In this document: one piece after another, positions 1-11,723 of the stretch
Numbering within the stretch: position 1 is the stretch's first letter
Layout of the letters: each line of letters opens with the position of its first letter
Origin: Vicugna vicugna
Lineage: Eukaryota
Direction: 5' to 3'
DNA length: 64,000 nucleotides
Assembly: GCA_013265495.1 (NCBI GenBank)
Contig: MU059756.1
Span: 992,001-1,056,000, forward strand
Program-made: the position numbers and the translations under genes
Notes under the pieces: generated by a model
Database searches by the model: none
The model's input: only the letters and a program-made list of their open reading frames with translations
What the model was told of the DNA's origin: nothing

Positions 1-441
1 GATGGAAAACTTAGCTGAAGGAAAAATGGCTGAAAACTTCCTTGACTTGGCCAAGGAAACAGACATCCAAGTCTAGGAAGCACAGAGTCCTGAACAAGAT
101 GAGCCCAAAGAGACCCACACCAAGACGCATTATAATTAAAGCATCAAAAGTTAAAGATAAACAGAGAATCTTAGAAGCAGTAAGAGGAAAAACCACTAGT
201 TATGACAAGGGAATCCCCAAATGACTATCAGCAGCTTTTTCAGCAGAAACTTTACAAGCCGGAAGTTACTAGCATGATACATTCTAAGTTCTGAAAGATT
301 AAAATTTATAACCAGAAATATTTTACTTGGCAAGGCTGTCATTCCAGAATTAAAGGAGAGAGTTTCACAGATAAGCAAAAGCTGAAGGAGTTCATTACCA
401 CTAAACTGGCCTTATAAGAAATGTTAAAGGGATTTCTTTAA
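1..441 (+). pseudogene. L1 ORF1 C-terminal remnant, disrupted
   Basis: ORF 42..224 gives KMSPKRPTPRRIIIKASKVKDKQRILEAVRGK; the terminal codons GAA ATG TTA AAG GGA TTT CTT TAA end at 441; internal stops and frameshifts. Confidence 0.9.
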
Positions 442-917
442 ACAGAAAAGAAAAGGCTGTAACTAGAAACAAGAAAATTATGAAAGAAAAAAAACTCACT
501 TTGTAAAGGCAAACAGAGTAAAGGTAAGGATTGACCATCTACAGAACTAGTATGAAAGTTAAAAGATAAAAGTAATGAAACTATCTATAGCTAAAATAGT
601 TAGACGACACACAAAATAAAAAGATAAAATGTGACATCTAAGCCACAAAATGTGGGGGGAGGGGGAGTAAGAATGTAGTGCTCTTAGAATGCACTCATAC
701 TTAAGCAATCATCAACTTAAAATAGATTGCTAAATATATAGGTTGGTAAATATGAACCTCATGGTAACCAGAAACCCAAAACTTATAATGATACACAAAA
801 GATAAAGGGAAGGAGTATAAACATGGCACTAAAAGAAGTCATCAAACTATGAGGGAAGAAAACAAGAGAAAAAGAATAGAGAAGAATGACCAAAACAACC
901 AGAAAACAATTAACAAA

Positions 918-2951
918 ATGGCAGTAAGTACCTATCAATAATTACTTTAAATGTAAATGGACTAAATGCTTTAATCAAAAGACAGAGGGTGGCTGAATGG
1001 ACAACAAAAACAAGACCCATATATGTGTTGCCTGTAAGAGATTCACTTCAGATTTAAAGACAGACACAGACTGAAAGCAAAGGGATGGGAAAAGGTATGC
1101 AAAGAAGATAAAATAAAAAGAAAGCTGAGGAAGCAATACTTATATCAACAAAATAGACTTAAATGAAGAATATAGCAAGAGACAAAGAAGGGAAGTGCAT
1201 GTAATAAAGGGATCAATCCAACAAAAGGATATCACACTTGTGAATATCTATGCACCTAATATAGAAGCACCTGTGTACGTAAAGCAAACATTAACAGACA
1301 TAAAGGGAGAAATTGACAGTAATATAATAATACTAGGGGACTCCACTTACATCAGTATAAAGGATCATCCAGGCTGGAAGTCAGCAAAGAAACAGCAGCC
1401 TTAAATGAAACATCAGACAACAAGACTTGATAGATTTGTACAGAACGTTCCATCCAAATGCAGCAGAATACGCATTCTCAAGTGCACGTGCCACTTTCTA
1501 GATGATACACCATGTGTTGGGACACAAAACAAGTCTCAATACATTTAAGAAGATAGAAATCATATCGAGCATCTTTTCTGATCACAGTGGTATGAAACTA
1601 GAAATCAACTACCAGAAGAAACCTGGAAAAGTCACAAACATGTGGAGACTGAGCACAGGCTAGTGAGCAACTACTGGGTCAATAAAGAAATCAGAGAAGA
1701 AATCAAAAATTACCTTAAGACAAAGGAAAATATGACATCCCAAGCCTATGGGGTGTGGCAAGAGCAGTACTAAGAGGGGACCTTATACAGGCCTATCTCA
1801 AAAGACAAGAAAAATCTCAAATAAACAATCTAACCTTACACCTAAAGGGACTAGAAAAAGAAGAACAAATGTAGCCCAGAGTCCCAGAGAAGGAAGGAAA
1901 TAATTAATATCAGATCAGAAATAAACGAAATAGAGGCTAAAAAGACAATAGAAATTATAGAGCTGGTCCTTGGAAAAGATAAACAAAATTGACAAACCTT
2001 TAGCTGGACTCTCTAAGAAAAACAGAGAGAGGCTCTGATAAATAAAACCAGAAAAAAAAAAAATAACAACAGATGCCATAGAAACACAAAGGGTTATAAG
2101 AGAATATTATGAACATCTATACTCCAACAAATAGGACAAGCTAGGAGAAGTGAACAGATTCTTAGAAGCATACAACCTTCCAAGACTGAATCATGAAGAA
2201 ATAGAAAATCTGAATAGACTGATCACTAGTACAGAGATTGAAACAGTAATAAAAACTTACTAAAAAAATAAAAGCCCAGGACTGGATGGCTTCATGGGTG
2301 AATGCTACCAAACTTTCAAAGAAGATTTAATTCCCAAAAAATTAAAGAGGTGGGAAAACTTCCTGATTCATTTTATGAGGCTTACATCACCCTGACACCA
2401 AAACCAAACAAAGACAACACAAAAAAAGAAAATTACAGGCGAATATCGCTGATGAATATGGATGCAAAAATTTTCAGCCAAATATTAGCAACCGAAATAC
2501 AACAATACCTTGAAGGGATCATACACCATGATCAAGTGGAATTTATTTCAGGGATGCACGGATGGATCAATCAACGCGATACACATTAACAAAACGAAGA
2601 GAAAAAAATCATATGACCATTTCAAGCATTTGACAAAATTCAACGTACATTTATGATTAAAACTCTCCACAAAATGGGTGTAGAGGGAACATACCTCAAC
2701 ATAATGAAGGCCATATGTGACAAGCCCACAGCTAAGGGCATACTTAATGGTGGAAAGCTGGAAACTTTTCCTTTAAGATCAGGAACAAGATAAGGGTGCC
2801 CACTCTCACCACTTATATTCAGCATAGTATTGGAAGTCCCAGCCATGGCAGTCAGACAAGAAATAGAGATTAAATTCACCCGTATGGGAAAGGAAGAAGT
2901 AAAACTCCCTATTTGCAGGTGACATGATTCTAGAAAACTATCAGAACTGAT
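918..2951 (+). pseudogene. L1 ORF2 remnant (APE endonuclease and N-terminal half of reverse transcriptase), disrupted
   Basis: ATG at 918. The endonuclease motif is CCL*EIHF with an in-frame stop. ORF 2302..2589 gives [37 protein letters not shown]. The catalytic FADD reads FAGD, and homology ends shortly after. Confidence 0.93.
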
Positions 2952-3049
2952 GCGTTCCATGCAGCCTAAGTATGCGGATGTATTATGATGGGTTTCTGAT
3001 TTGGATAGAGACTGATGGGTGAACATTTTTGCAAGTCATTACAGCAAAT

Positions 3050-3620
3050 GTTCCCATGATGAGTCCTCAGAAAACAAGGGACACCTGTAATTTCAAGAGA
3101 GGTGGGTATAATGTGGTCACACAGAGAGCAGTGGTGAACCCTGCCTGGGAAGGTCAGGGGAAAACTGCTCCAAAGGGAAGCAGGGCCAAGGAAGAGCTTC
3201 AGGATGACAGTTCAGCACACAAGCCAGGTGGAAGATCCAGTGGACGGCATTTTAGGCAGAGAGAAAACCATGTCCAGAGCCAGAGAGCCACCCTTCTCCT
3301 CTGCAGCATATTGTGTTCAGGGGACTGAAATTATTTCCGTATTGCTGAAGTGTAAGGAACAAGGAGAATGAGACTGGAGCAGGTGGCATCGGTCTGAATG
3401 GGAAGGGCTTTGTTTGGACTTTATTCTGGAAGATGTGGACCATAACTGAAGTTGTTTAAGCAAGAGAGTGTCCGCATCAGATATGAAGTTTAGAAAAATA
3501 GAAACAAAACGGAAGGAGGATGTGAGGACAGAGCCCTGTAGCAGAGAGGACCAGGACCCGAGCAAGGGCAGTTGCAGAGATGAGGAGGAGGAGGATGGGC
3601 TGGACTGCTGAGGAGGCTGG
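3050..3620 (-). mobile_element. L2 LINE relic
   Basis: Degenerate L2-like text (ggcattttaggcagagagaaaaccatgtccagag; gaggaccaggacc..gcagttgcagagatgagg). Confidence 0.5.
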
Positions 3621-3714
3621 AGAGCAGGACTGACAGGAATCAGTGATCTCAGTGATGGAGAGGGCAGTTCTTTTTATCTGTGTTGTAAATTAAGAAATTA
3701 AGATCTGGGGTCCT

Positions 3715-3875
3715 GTCTTTTTCATTTAGTGTCTCCCAAACCTAACACAGTTCCTGGCAGACACCCAATACACTGTAAATGGGTAAATTCCCTTGTTTGG
3801 TCAACACATCATCAGCGAGGTACCGAGGGAATGAGTCAACTAATGAATCAGTGAATGAGTTGATAAATGAAAGAC
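3715..3875 (+). mobile_element. L2 3' end
   Basis: cctaacacagttcctggca... followed by a degenerate (TGAA)n tail. Confidence 0.6.
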
Positions 3876-5387
3876 TGCTTTCTTGGGAGGGTCTGACGGT
3901 CTCCCAAAGCATTCTGGCTTCTCTTTTTAACTTCCACTACTGTCCCCATCGCATGGAGAGCAGACGTCTCACTGGAATTTTGCAGTATCCTCCAAACTGA
4001 TGCTGCAACCTCTGTTCTCTTGCCTTGTGCCCAAAGCCAGACTGGTCTTGAAGTGGGGTCCCCTCATTTTCTGCCGAGGATTCTCCTGGCCTCAGCTGAG
4101 CTTCTGCCACTCAACATTTTTTTCATCATTTCTCTCTCTCTGATTGAAATAAAGACCCTTTTTCATCCGCGTCACACAGATGTTGGACAGATTGATTAGT
4201 TAATGTGCAAAAATTGCTTTGAAGATGAAAAGTGCTGATTATTATTATTATTATGTTGTCTAAGGGAAATTTTCTGCCTTTTAAAGGGAGCTGCAGAATG
4301 GTCACTGACGTTTCATTTGGATGCTCTGCATGTCACAGGTGGAATATTTATTTACCAATAAAGAAAAACATCTCTATCCACATAGAATAGCTCCCTGAAG
4401 CTCATTCGTCTGTTTTTAAAGGATGTGGCCAAATTGCCACCATAGAATATAACTGAGGCATGTGGTTAAGGTCAACATCTGGGCTGATGTCAGCAAGGGG
4501 CTTACCATGTAAAACAGAGGCACTGGTGCTTTGTCCTTTGCCAGCCACACATCATTCAGATGCTGCTGACATAAACCTGAATCATATACAGGGTCTCAGA
4601 GATGTAGATATAATTTTTTTTTCCTTTCAGAACACTCTGAACTTACGTGTCACCTTGGCCAGGAGTGAACAGTGGTTTCTCAAGGGCATCTTTTTTTCAT
4701 TTGTTTGTTTCTATACTGAGGTGATTTTTAGGCATATACTTCAGAAAGTTCAATGTTGAATCATAACAAAAACCAAATGAGTACTCTGAGTTTCTTTTTC
4801 TCTCTTTGTTTTTTTTTTTTTAAGTTTGGGGCTTGATATAAAGTCAGGGATAGTTGTAAGAGAACTTAAAATTATATTTAAACAACAGGGGAAAACCCCT
4901 TAATTTGAAGTGTGTGAATATAGAATTGATACTTGATGCTGGTGGCTCGATATTCCAAGCCTGATTTGCTGCTACTTTTCTTCAGCAACTTGGGCTTTTA
5001 GTGTGATTTATGCCTAAAGTTGTAGAGTAAAATTTATGAACTGCATTAAGTGCTAAGGAACAAGCATAAAAATCAGTAATTTGAGAGTCTGGAGAAGTAG
5101 AGTGCTCTATACAAATAGGCTAAATGGAAATAATAGGCTAATAGATGCATCAGAGAAAAGCAAATGGCTTTCTGATATCAAGGAGCCAGAGTTTTGGGAA
5201 ATTCTTTAATTATCATCTAATTGGCTGGATGATATAGTGTTGCTAAAGATATGCAAAATCATAGAAGTATCATTTAAAAAATGAAACAAGTTTGGGTAGG
5301 GAAATGATGAAATGTATGGCAGAATTTCATGAAGGTGGTCAATTGACCAGAGTAGAAAATCAGAGAAGCCCCAACTTAGCACTTTGC

Positions 5388-5401
5388 CCAGCAGGTGGCA
5401 G
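5388..5401 (+). promoter_or_regulatory. Candidate CTCF site
   Basis: CCAGCAGGTGGCAG is a 14/14 match to CCASYAGRKGGCRS. Confidence 0.6.
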
Positions 5402-5485
5402 AAGTGAGAGCAGGGGCAGGTGTGTGTGCTGCTGGGTCATGATCTGTCTTCTATTCCAAATTTATTATTTTAATTACTTAAAAAA

Positions 5486-6340
5486 TTTTTAAATTGAAGT
5501 CTAGTTGATTTACAATGTTGTGTTAGTTTCAGGTTTACAGCAAAGTGACATGTATATATGTGTGTGTGTATATATATATATGCACACACACACACACATA
5601 TATTCTTTTTCAGATTCTTTTCCATTATAGGTTATTACAAGTTCCCTGTGCTCTACAGCAGGGCCTTGTTATTTATCTGTTTTATATGTGGTAGTATGTG
5701 TATTGTAATCCCAAACTCCTAATTTATCCTCCTCCACTACCCCTTTGGTAACCATAGTTTGTTTTCCATGTCTGTGAGTCTATTTCCGGTTTGTAAATGA
5801 ATTAATCTATATCATTTTTAGATTCCACATAGAAGTGATATCATATGATATTTCTCTGTCTGACTTACCTCACTTAGTATGATAATCTCTAGGTCCATCC
5901 ATGTTGCTGCAAATGGCATTACCTCATTCTTTTTTATGGCTGAGTAGCATTCCACTAAATCTTCTTTATCCAGTCATCTATCATGGACATTTAAGTTGCT
6001 TCCATGTCTTGGCTATTGTAAATAGTGCTGCTGTGAACATTGGTGTGCATGTATCTTTTGGAATTAAAGTTTTCTCAGGACATATGCCCAGGAGGGGGAT
6101 TGCTGGATCATATGATAACTCTGTTTTTAGTTTTTAAAGGAACTCCATATTGTGCTTCATAATGGCTGCATCAATTTACATTCCAACAGAGTAGGAGGAC
6201 TCCCTTTTCTCCACACTCTCTTCAGCATTCTTTATTTGTAGACTTTCTAATGATGGCCGTTCTGACCGGTGTGAGATGATACCTCATTGTGGTTGGGTTT
6301 GCATTTCTCTGATAATTAGCAATGTTGAGCATCTTTCATG
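5486..6340 (-). mobile_element. 5'-truncated LINE-1 3' end (3' UTR and ORF2 C-terminus), cetartiodactyl-like
   Basis: T-run then aaattgaagtctagttgatttacaatgttgtgttagtttcagg; antisense ORF2 C-terminal text (catgttgctgcaaatggcatt, gatacctcattgtggtt); internal (TA/TG/CA)n at about 5550-5600. Confidence 0.93.
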
Positions 6341-6744
6341 ATCTGTCTTTGAAACCCTGCAGATCCATTATCCGGATGGAGGGAGTCTGGTTGAGCAGGT
6401 CTCTGGAGCCATCTTCCTGAGATAATGGCTGCCACGTGTGGCTCTTGTTGGGCCTGGTCATTCTGCACCTTTGTTCTTGCCTTTTCCCAGTTGTGTACCA
6501 GGCTCTTCTTTCTCTCACTGTTCCATTTCCCAGGATTCCTCTGCAAGCCATGTGATCCCCGGGGCTTGTCTGTGTACTTTTCCTCCTGTCTTTTCTCTGT
6601 TGGAAAGCAGTTGCTCTGGGCACACTGACCTCTACTCTCTTTGCTGTCCAACAGTACTAGCAGAATGAGCAGAAGAGGGGGAGTGAGTGTGTACAGTGCT
6701 GAGCTGGTTTAAGATCCACCTTCTCACAGCCCTATGGGATACAT

Positions 6745-6830
6745 ACCATTGATGAAGAAACTGAGGCTCAGAGAAAATAAGGAGCTTGCCTATGGTCCAC
6801 AGTAAAGTTGTGGAGCTGCAGTGTATTCTT
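6745..6830 (-). mobile_element. MIR SINE
   Basis: Core gatgaagaaactgaggctcagaga. Confidence 0.7.
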
Positions 6831-6997
6831 TTTTCCCCTCAATGTTTCTTGATCCTTCCACCAATTCCTGCAGCATTTAGATCCCCCAGCATCATGCACA
6901 TCAATCAATGGCTTCAGAAAAGGGTTTTACAGGTACTGTCCAGGGGTCTCAGAGCATGGAGAAAACTTGATGACTCTGGGCAAGGTGAATCTCTGCG

Positions 6998-7492
6998 TGT
7001 ACTAGTCAAAGTTCTCCAGAGAAACAGAGCCAATAGGCGACATAGGTATAGATACATAGAAAGAGATTTAGTACAGGAATTGGTTCCTGTGATTACGGGT
7101 GCTGAGAAGTCCCATGATCTGCAGTCTGCAAGCTGGAGGTCCAAGAAAGCCAGTGGTGAGTCCCAGTCCAGCCCGAAGGCTCGAACACCAGGGGAGCAAA
7201 TGGTGTGAGTTCCACTTGAGTCCAAGACCCAGGAGTGTTGATGTCTCAGAGTCTCAGAAGACAAATGTCTTAGCTCTGGCTGAGAGAGTGACTTTGCCCT
7301 ACCTCTGCCTTTTTGTACTATTCAGGCCCTCCAGGGACTGGGTGAAGCCCACCCACACTGGTGAGGATGCTGTCCTTTATCAGTCTGCCGACTCAAATGC
7401 TAATCCCTTCAGGAGACACTCAAATAATGCTTCTCTAGCTTTCTGGGTATCTCCTAGCCCAGTCAGGTGGACACATGAAATCAACCATCACA
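6998..7492 (-). mobile_element. ERVL solo LTR (MLT2 family)
   Basis: TGT...ACA termini; the reverse complement starts tgtgatggttgatttcatgtgtccacctgactggg, and gttctccagagaaacagagccaatagg is typical MLT2. Confidence 0.85.
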
Positions 7493-8765
7493 GCTGGGGT
7501 GGGGAGAGCTGGAGAGGGAGTGAAAGTGAGGAGACACTGTGGGTGCGTGTCTGAGGAAGGCAGGCCCTATGCCTCATCCTGCAGGTGGGCTGGGGGCCAG
7601 GGTCAGGGGAAAACACGAGCCCAGCTAATTTTGGGGGAGTGAGGTCCAAGTGATCTGTGATTCCCTTTCCAGGTGGGTGTGAGACCCCCACCCCAGGAGC
7701 GTGGCTGTGGTGTGCCTCGGCAGCCGGGCCTGGGGCAACCTCACCGGATTCCCCAGCAGCACAGTGCTCTCCCGTGCTCTGGAGAGGCCTGGGTCCCGCA
7801 GGGGAGGAACCAACCGGGAGGAAGGAGTCCCCAGGAATACGAAGGTTGTTCCTCAGTGACAACGTAGAGTGATGCAAGTGAACACTGGATGGGAAGGGGA
7901 GGGCTCAGTGGATGTGCTGGAGGGCAGAGGTAAGGGTCAAGAGCAGCCGCCAGCCCGCCATGCTGTGACATCACACGGTCCCCTTTCCTTCCCCATCAAG
8001 TGCCAACCTGGAGAAACAAGGAGAAAATGTAATTGACTCAGAGCCCATTTCTGCCTCCTGGTGGAACAGGAGCTCATTACAGAAATAAAGCTCAATTAGA
8101 GAAACTGAAAAATTCATTACATGTTTGTGGACTGGGATCTGTACCGTCAGTAGCATCCAACCCAGAGTTCTCTGGCCCCAAAACTTGCTCATTTCACTAC
8201 ATTAAGAGGAAGCAGCATTGCCACAGCCAGGATTTGACATCATTGGAAGCAACTGCTGTCTCTGAATTATCTAGATGCCTAATATTATTTTTAAAATATT
8301 CCATGAATCAAACCAGGTTAATCCAAGGCTCATTTTCCCCACATAATTTCCATTCAACTTAATGAAAGGGAATTTCCACAAGGTACCACCAGAACATTAA
8401 GTACTCAATATTTGATTAAGGCAAATCACCAAGAATTGCTCTTAAAATATTTTTAGTGTGTAATATCAAAAAGGGGCACTCTCTATAAGTAAAAAAAATT
8501 TTTTCCATGAAGACATGAATGACTTCAAGATAACACAGTTTTCAAACACACCGTACATTAGAGCATCTCATATAAGAATTTATTCATCTATTTGAAGTGA
8601 ATTTTGCACTTTGATGTCATTCAGTTGTTCTCAAAACTCAGCATCATATTCAAGCAGAAGAAAGAGCTCAGAAGGCATTCACATCGAGATTTTATCGATG
8701 TATGTCCCCATAACCCCACAGCTGCTGATGCAGCATTTCCAGGATAGCCTCAGCCTTTTTAGACA

Positions 8766-8828
8766 TTTTTAAATTTTTATTTTATTGAAGTATATTTGAT
8801 TAACAATGTTGTGCTAGTTTCTGGTGTA
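8766..8828 (-). mobile_element. Very short L1 3' tip
   Basis: T-rich run then ttattgaagtatatttgattaacaatgttgtgctagtttctggtgta, the same family as 5486-6340. Confidence 0.75.
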
Positions 8829-10274
8829 AATCTCCACAGCCTTTATTTTAAAAAGCTGCCTGACTTGCCCAAGGTCTTGTGGGTTGCAGGTGGTACTGAT
8901 CCTAAAGGGCATTCATTGGTGCTGTGTTGTGGTCTGTGCAACCTCAGGGTAAGGAGAGTGAGGTAGTTTTGTAAAGGTTGCAGAGATTCACCTTTTGGGC
9001 AGTCTTGGTTCCTGCTAGCATGGAAGTGAGGACAGTCCACACCGTGAATTTGCAAGGCTTTTTCCTGGTTGAATTCCTCCATAGGGGCTGTCCTCTGCTC
9101 TGGGGTTGCCCCAGCAGAGGGATGCATCTTCTCAATGGCTAATAATCTCACTAAACTTTAGCCAGCCCAGCTCTTACTATGGCCAGCAGCACTGGATTGA
9201 TCTCTGAATTACGAACCACATGTATAAAAAGAGAAGCTGAAAATGGGCCTAAACTGCACACACATCCTGAGAAATTGATGCTCTCTAGAATTCAGCCCAG
9301 GTAAGAGCTGCTCTAATGTACCGGACCTGCGGTGAGTAGCTGTAATGGAGACAAAATTCCTCTAGAGGGCACTCACAGCTTCCCCATGAATCGAGAGCTT
9401 GTGAAATCAGGATTTTTTCAGAAACGGCACAGACTGCTTGGGAGCAAAATGAGGTTTATATAAATAGATGAATGTGGATGTGCAGATTTTTTTCATTAGA
9501 AAATAATCCCTCTTTGTCTTTTTCAGATCGGCATCAGTGAGCACATGTGGGAGCATAAAATATGGACAATTTCTTTTTGTTTCCTTTGTGAGAGAATACT
9601 GAATCCTCACCTCTAAGGGAGTTTGCTGCAGTTCACGGCTGTGCCATATTTATAATTATCAGGAGAGGAAGGGAAATTAAAAGATTCAACTGCTTAACTC
9701 TTCAGCAGTTGAGCTGCTGGCCCTGGGGACACGCCGGGGACTTCATGTTCTGGCGGAACTCTGTGGAAATCCTCGGCAATGGCCATTTGACCTCTCCCTC
9801 GGCCACCTGAGGAAATCAGCTTTGGTTAGATTAGACAGACCGTAATTGGCTTTTGAGTTGTTGAAGCACATTCTGGGTACACATTTCTCCATGTTTTGAA
9901 AGGCGTATGTTTTCCTTGGATCAGATCAGTGTAGGGGGAAGTCAATCACTGCTTAGGTGGGTGGATGGACCAGCAAGTTGTTTCCCAAGATCTGCCTCTG
10001 AGCCTCCCCAGTGACAGGATGCCTGCCCAGTCCCTCCGTCCCCTCTGCACCCCGCTTCAAGCTTAGGGTCAGGGAGAGGGGTGAGTTTGTGTGGGTCTGC
10101 AGTATGATTTGGTAGGGAAATACTGGTCTGGATGATTTTTTAAGGATTCTTTTCAACCTTTGGGGTCTATGACTCCATGAATTTGCAGGTTCTGAAGCGA
10201 AGGCAATGTATAAATAAGTCAGTGTGACTTCAACATTGTAAATGGTATGACTGTTTGCCCTGCCTCTGGTCATG

Positions 10275-10660
10275 CCCCCCCCAAAACCATTCTCCAGCAA
10301 CCAGAACAATCCTTTAAAAAGGTATATAGGTTTTCTTTTCTGTCTAAAATTCTACAGTGGCTCCGTAATGCCTTCATGAAAAAGCCCAGACTCCCTGGCA
10401 CACACAGTTGACAAGACTCTGCATGATCTCAGCCCTTCTGGTGACATCCTGTGCACTAATCTCTCTCTCTCACTTCTGGATCCTTGCTGTCCCTTCCACC
10501 TGGAGCATACCCCCTCCCCCTGCAACATACACACTTTTTTGCTTGGCTGATGTTTTTCATGCTTTGGGTCTCAGCTTGAGTGCTTCCTCCTCTGAGAAGC
10601 CTTACTGACTCTCAAGACTAGGATGGACGCCCCTTCCTATGTTATCATCACATTCTGTTC
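10275..10660 (+). mobile_element. L2 relic
   Basis: aaaattctacagtggctcc..ctgcatgatctcagccc..gctgtcccttccacctgga..cctcctctgagaagcctt. Confidence 0.7.
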
Positions 10661-10669
10661 CATCCTTAA

Positions 10670-11305
10670 CCCTGGTGACATAGGGTTTGCCCCCAGAAGC
10701 TGAAAGGGCTTCCAGGAGGATGCCTGGTAGTGCTATCTGAATATCCAAGCCCGTCTAGAGCAAAGAACAGACAGTTTCTCATCTGCCTCAGTACTGAAAC
10801 TATCTGCCCTCACACTCAGCCTGCACTCTGAGACCTGGAACCACACTTTCCTATCTCCATGAACATGACTTTGTACTACTCCTCTGCCTTTCTTAACATG
10901 ACTTTAGCTTTCCAGGAGTCTCCTGTCCAGGCAAATGGGATTGACTGTTCATCACAGGAATGTCACCCAAGGCTCTTCCCAGCTCTTCAGTGGAAAAGCA
11001 TAAACAGACAGCTAGTACCCTGAGAGTGTTTGAATCTCTTGCTTCAAAATTCTCACTTTGCATTTCCCACCAATTCTGAACTGTTGTATCATGATCCTTG
11101 CCCAATCCTAACAAGCTCCTTGCTTTGGGAGCCTCAAGTCAGAGTTCCAGTTCTCATTAAATGATTACCATTCCTCACTCCCCAGAAACACTGCCAAACC
11201 TTTGCAAAATGATGTTCTCCCTTCGTATGGAAGCAATAAACTCAGCTTTGTCTCATCAACAGGTTGTGTTAGTAACGTCTGGGAGCCAGCTTTCTGCAAA
11301 GCGCC
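10670..11305 (+). mobile_element. Ancient ERV LTR-like element (family not assigned)
   Basis: Ends with an LTR-style aataaactcagctttgtctcatcaacaggttgtg..ggagccagctt. Confidence 0.4.
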
Positions 11306-11723
11306 TGTAATCTGGAGGGCTGGGGCTTACCGCTTCAGAAAGCATAATGAGCTTCACTGAGCTTCTGAAAAGGAGTCTGCCTGGATCTGGGTGTTTGAGT
11401 TCTGAACCTGCAGCCCCCGAGGGACGACTCAGGGAATAACAATTTGGTAAAGCAAAGGGTTCCACGGTCTCTGTCACCTTCACAAGCTTGCTCTCCACTC
11501 ATTCACCACACCCTGTCTTTTTCTGGTGTCCCAGTCTGGGATCTTACTTAGGAAGGGACAGGAATTCATCCACACAGCTTTGTTGAAAGTATGGGGGAGG
11601 GGAATCTCTTGAAAACCGTTTGTACAGCCAGCCTTCACGGCCCTGGGAAGTCACAGAAGGGCCACTCAGGCCCCGTCTCAGCTGCTGCGACCACGTGGTC
11701 TTCGGGCTTCGCTGCTCCTGGGA

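Larger units (their letters stand above)
1..2951 (+). mobile_element. LINE-1 retrotransposon fragment (ORF1 3' end, long inter-ORF spacer, ORF2 endonuclease to mid-RT); 5' end runs off the window, 3' part missing
   Basis: Contains ORF1 motifs (SPKRPTPR..IIIK, ends EMLKGFL*) and ORF2 motifs ([52 protein letters not shown]); A-rich sense strand. Confidence 0.97.

Noticed and set aside
5901-6137. ORF MLLQMALPHSFLWLSSIPL.. (and similar ORFs at 22829-23071 and 28604-28930)
   Set aside because: These are antisense translations of L1 3' sequence, a well-known source of spurious ORFs.
1-6340. The two opposite-strand L1 pieces (1-2951 plus, 5486-6340 minus) as one twin-primed inversion
   Set aside because: The 5' piece lies downstream of the 3' piece's poly(A), 2.5 kb of older repeats and unique DNA separate them, and there is no shared TSD.
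7099-7554. 151-aa ORF and overlapping 116-140 aa ORFs
   Set aside because: They lie largely within the MLT2 LTR and have no recognisable domain.
9686-9712. 9-bp perfect inverted repeat (also an 8-bp one at 41962-41992)
   Set aside because: Several such short hairpins are expected by chance in 64 kb, and they are too short for a pre-miRNA.
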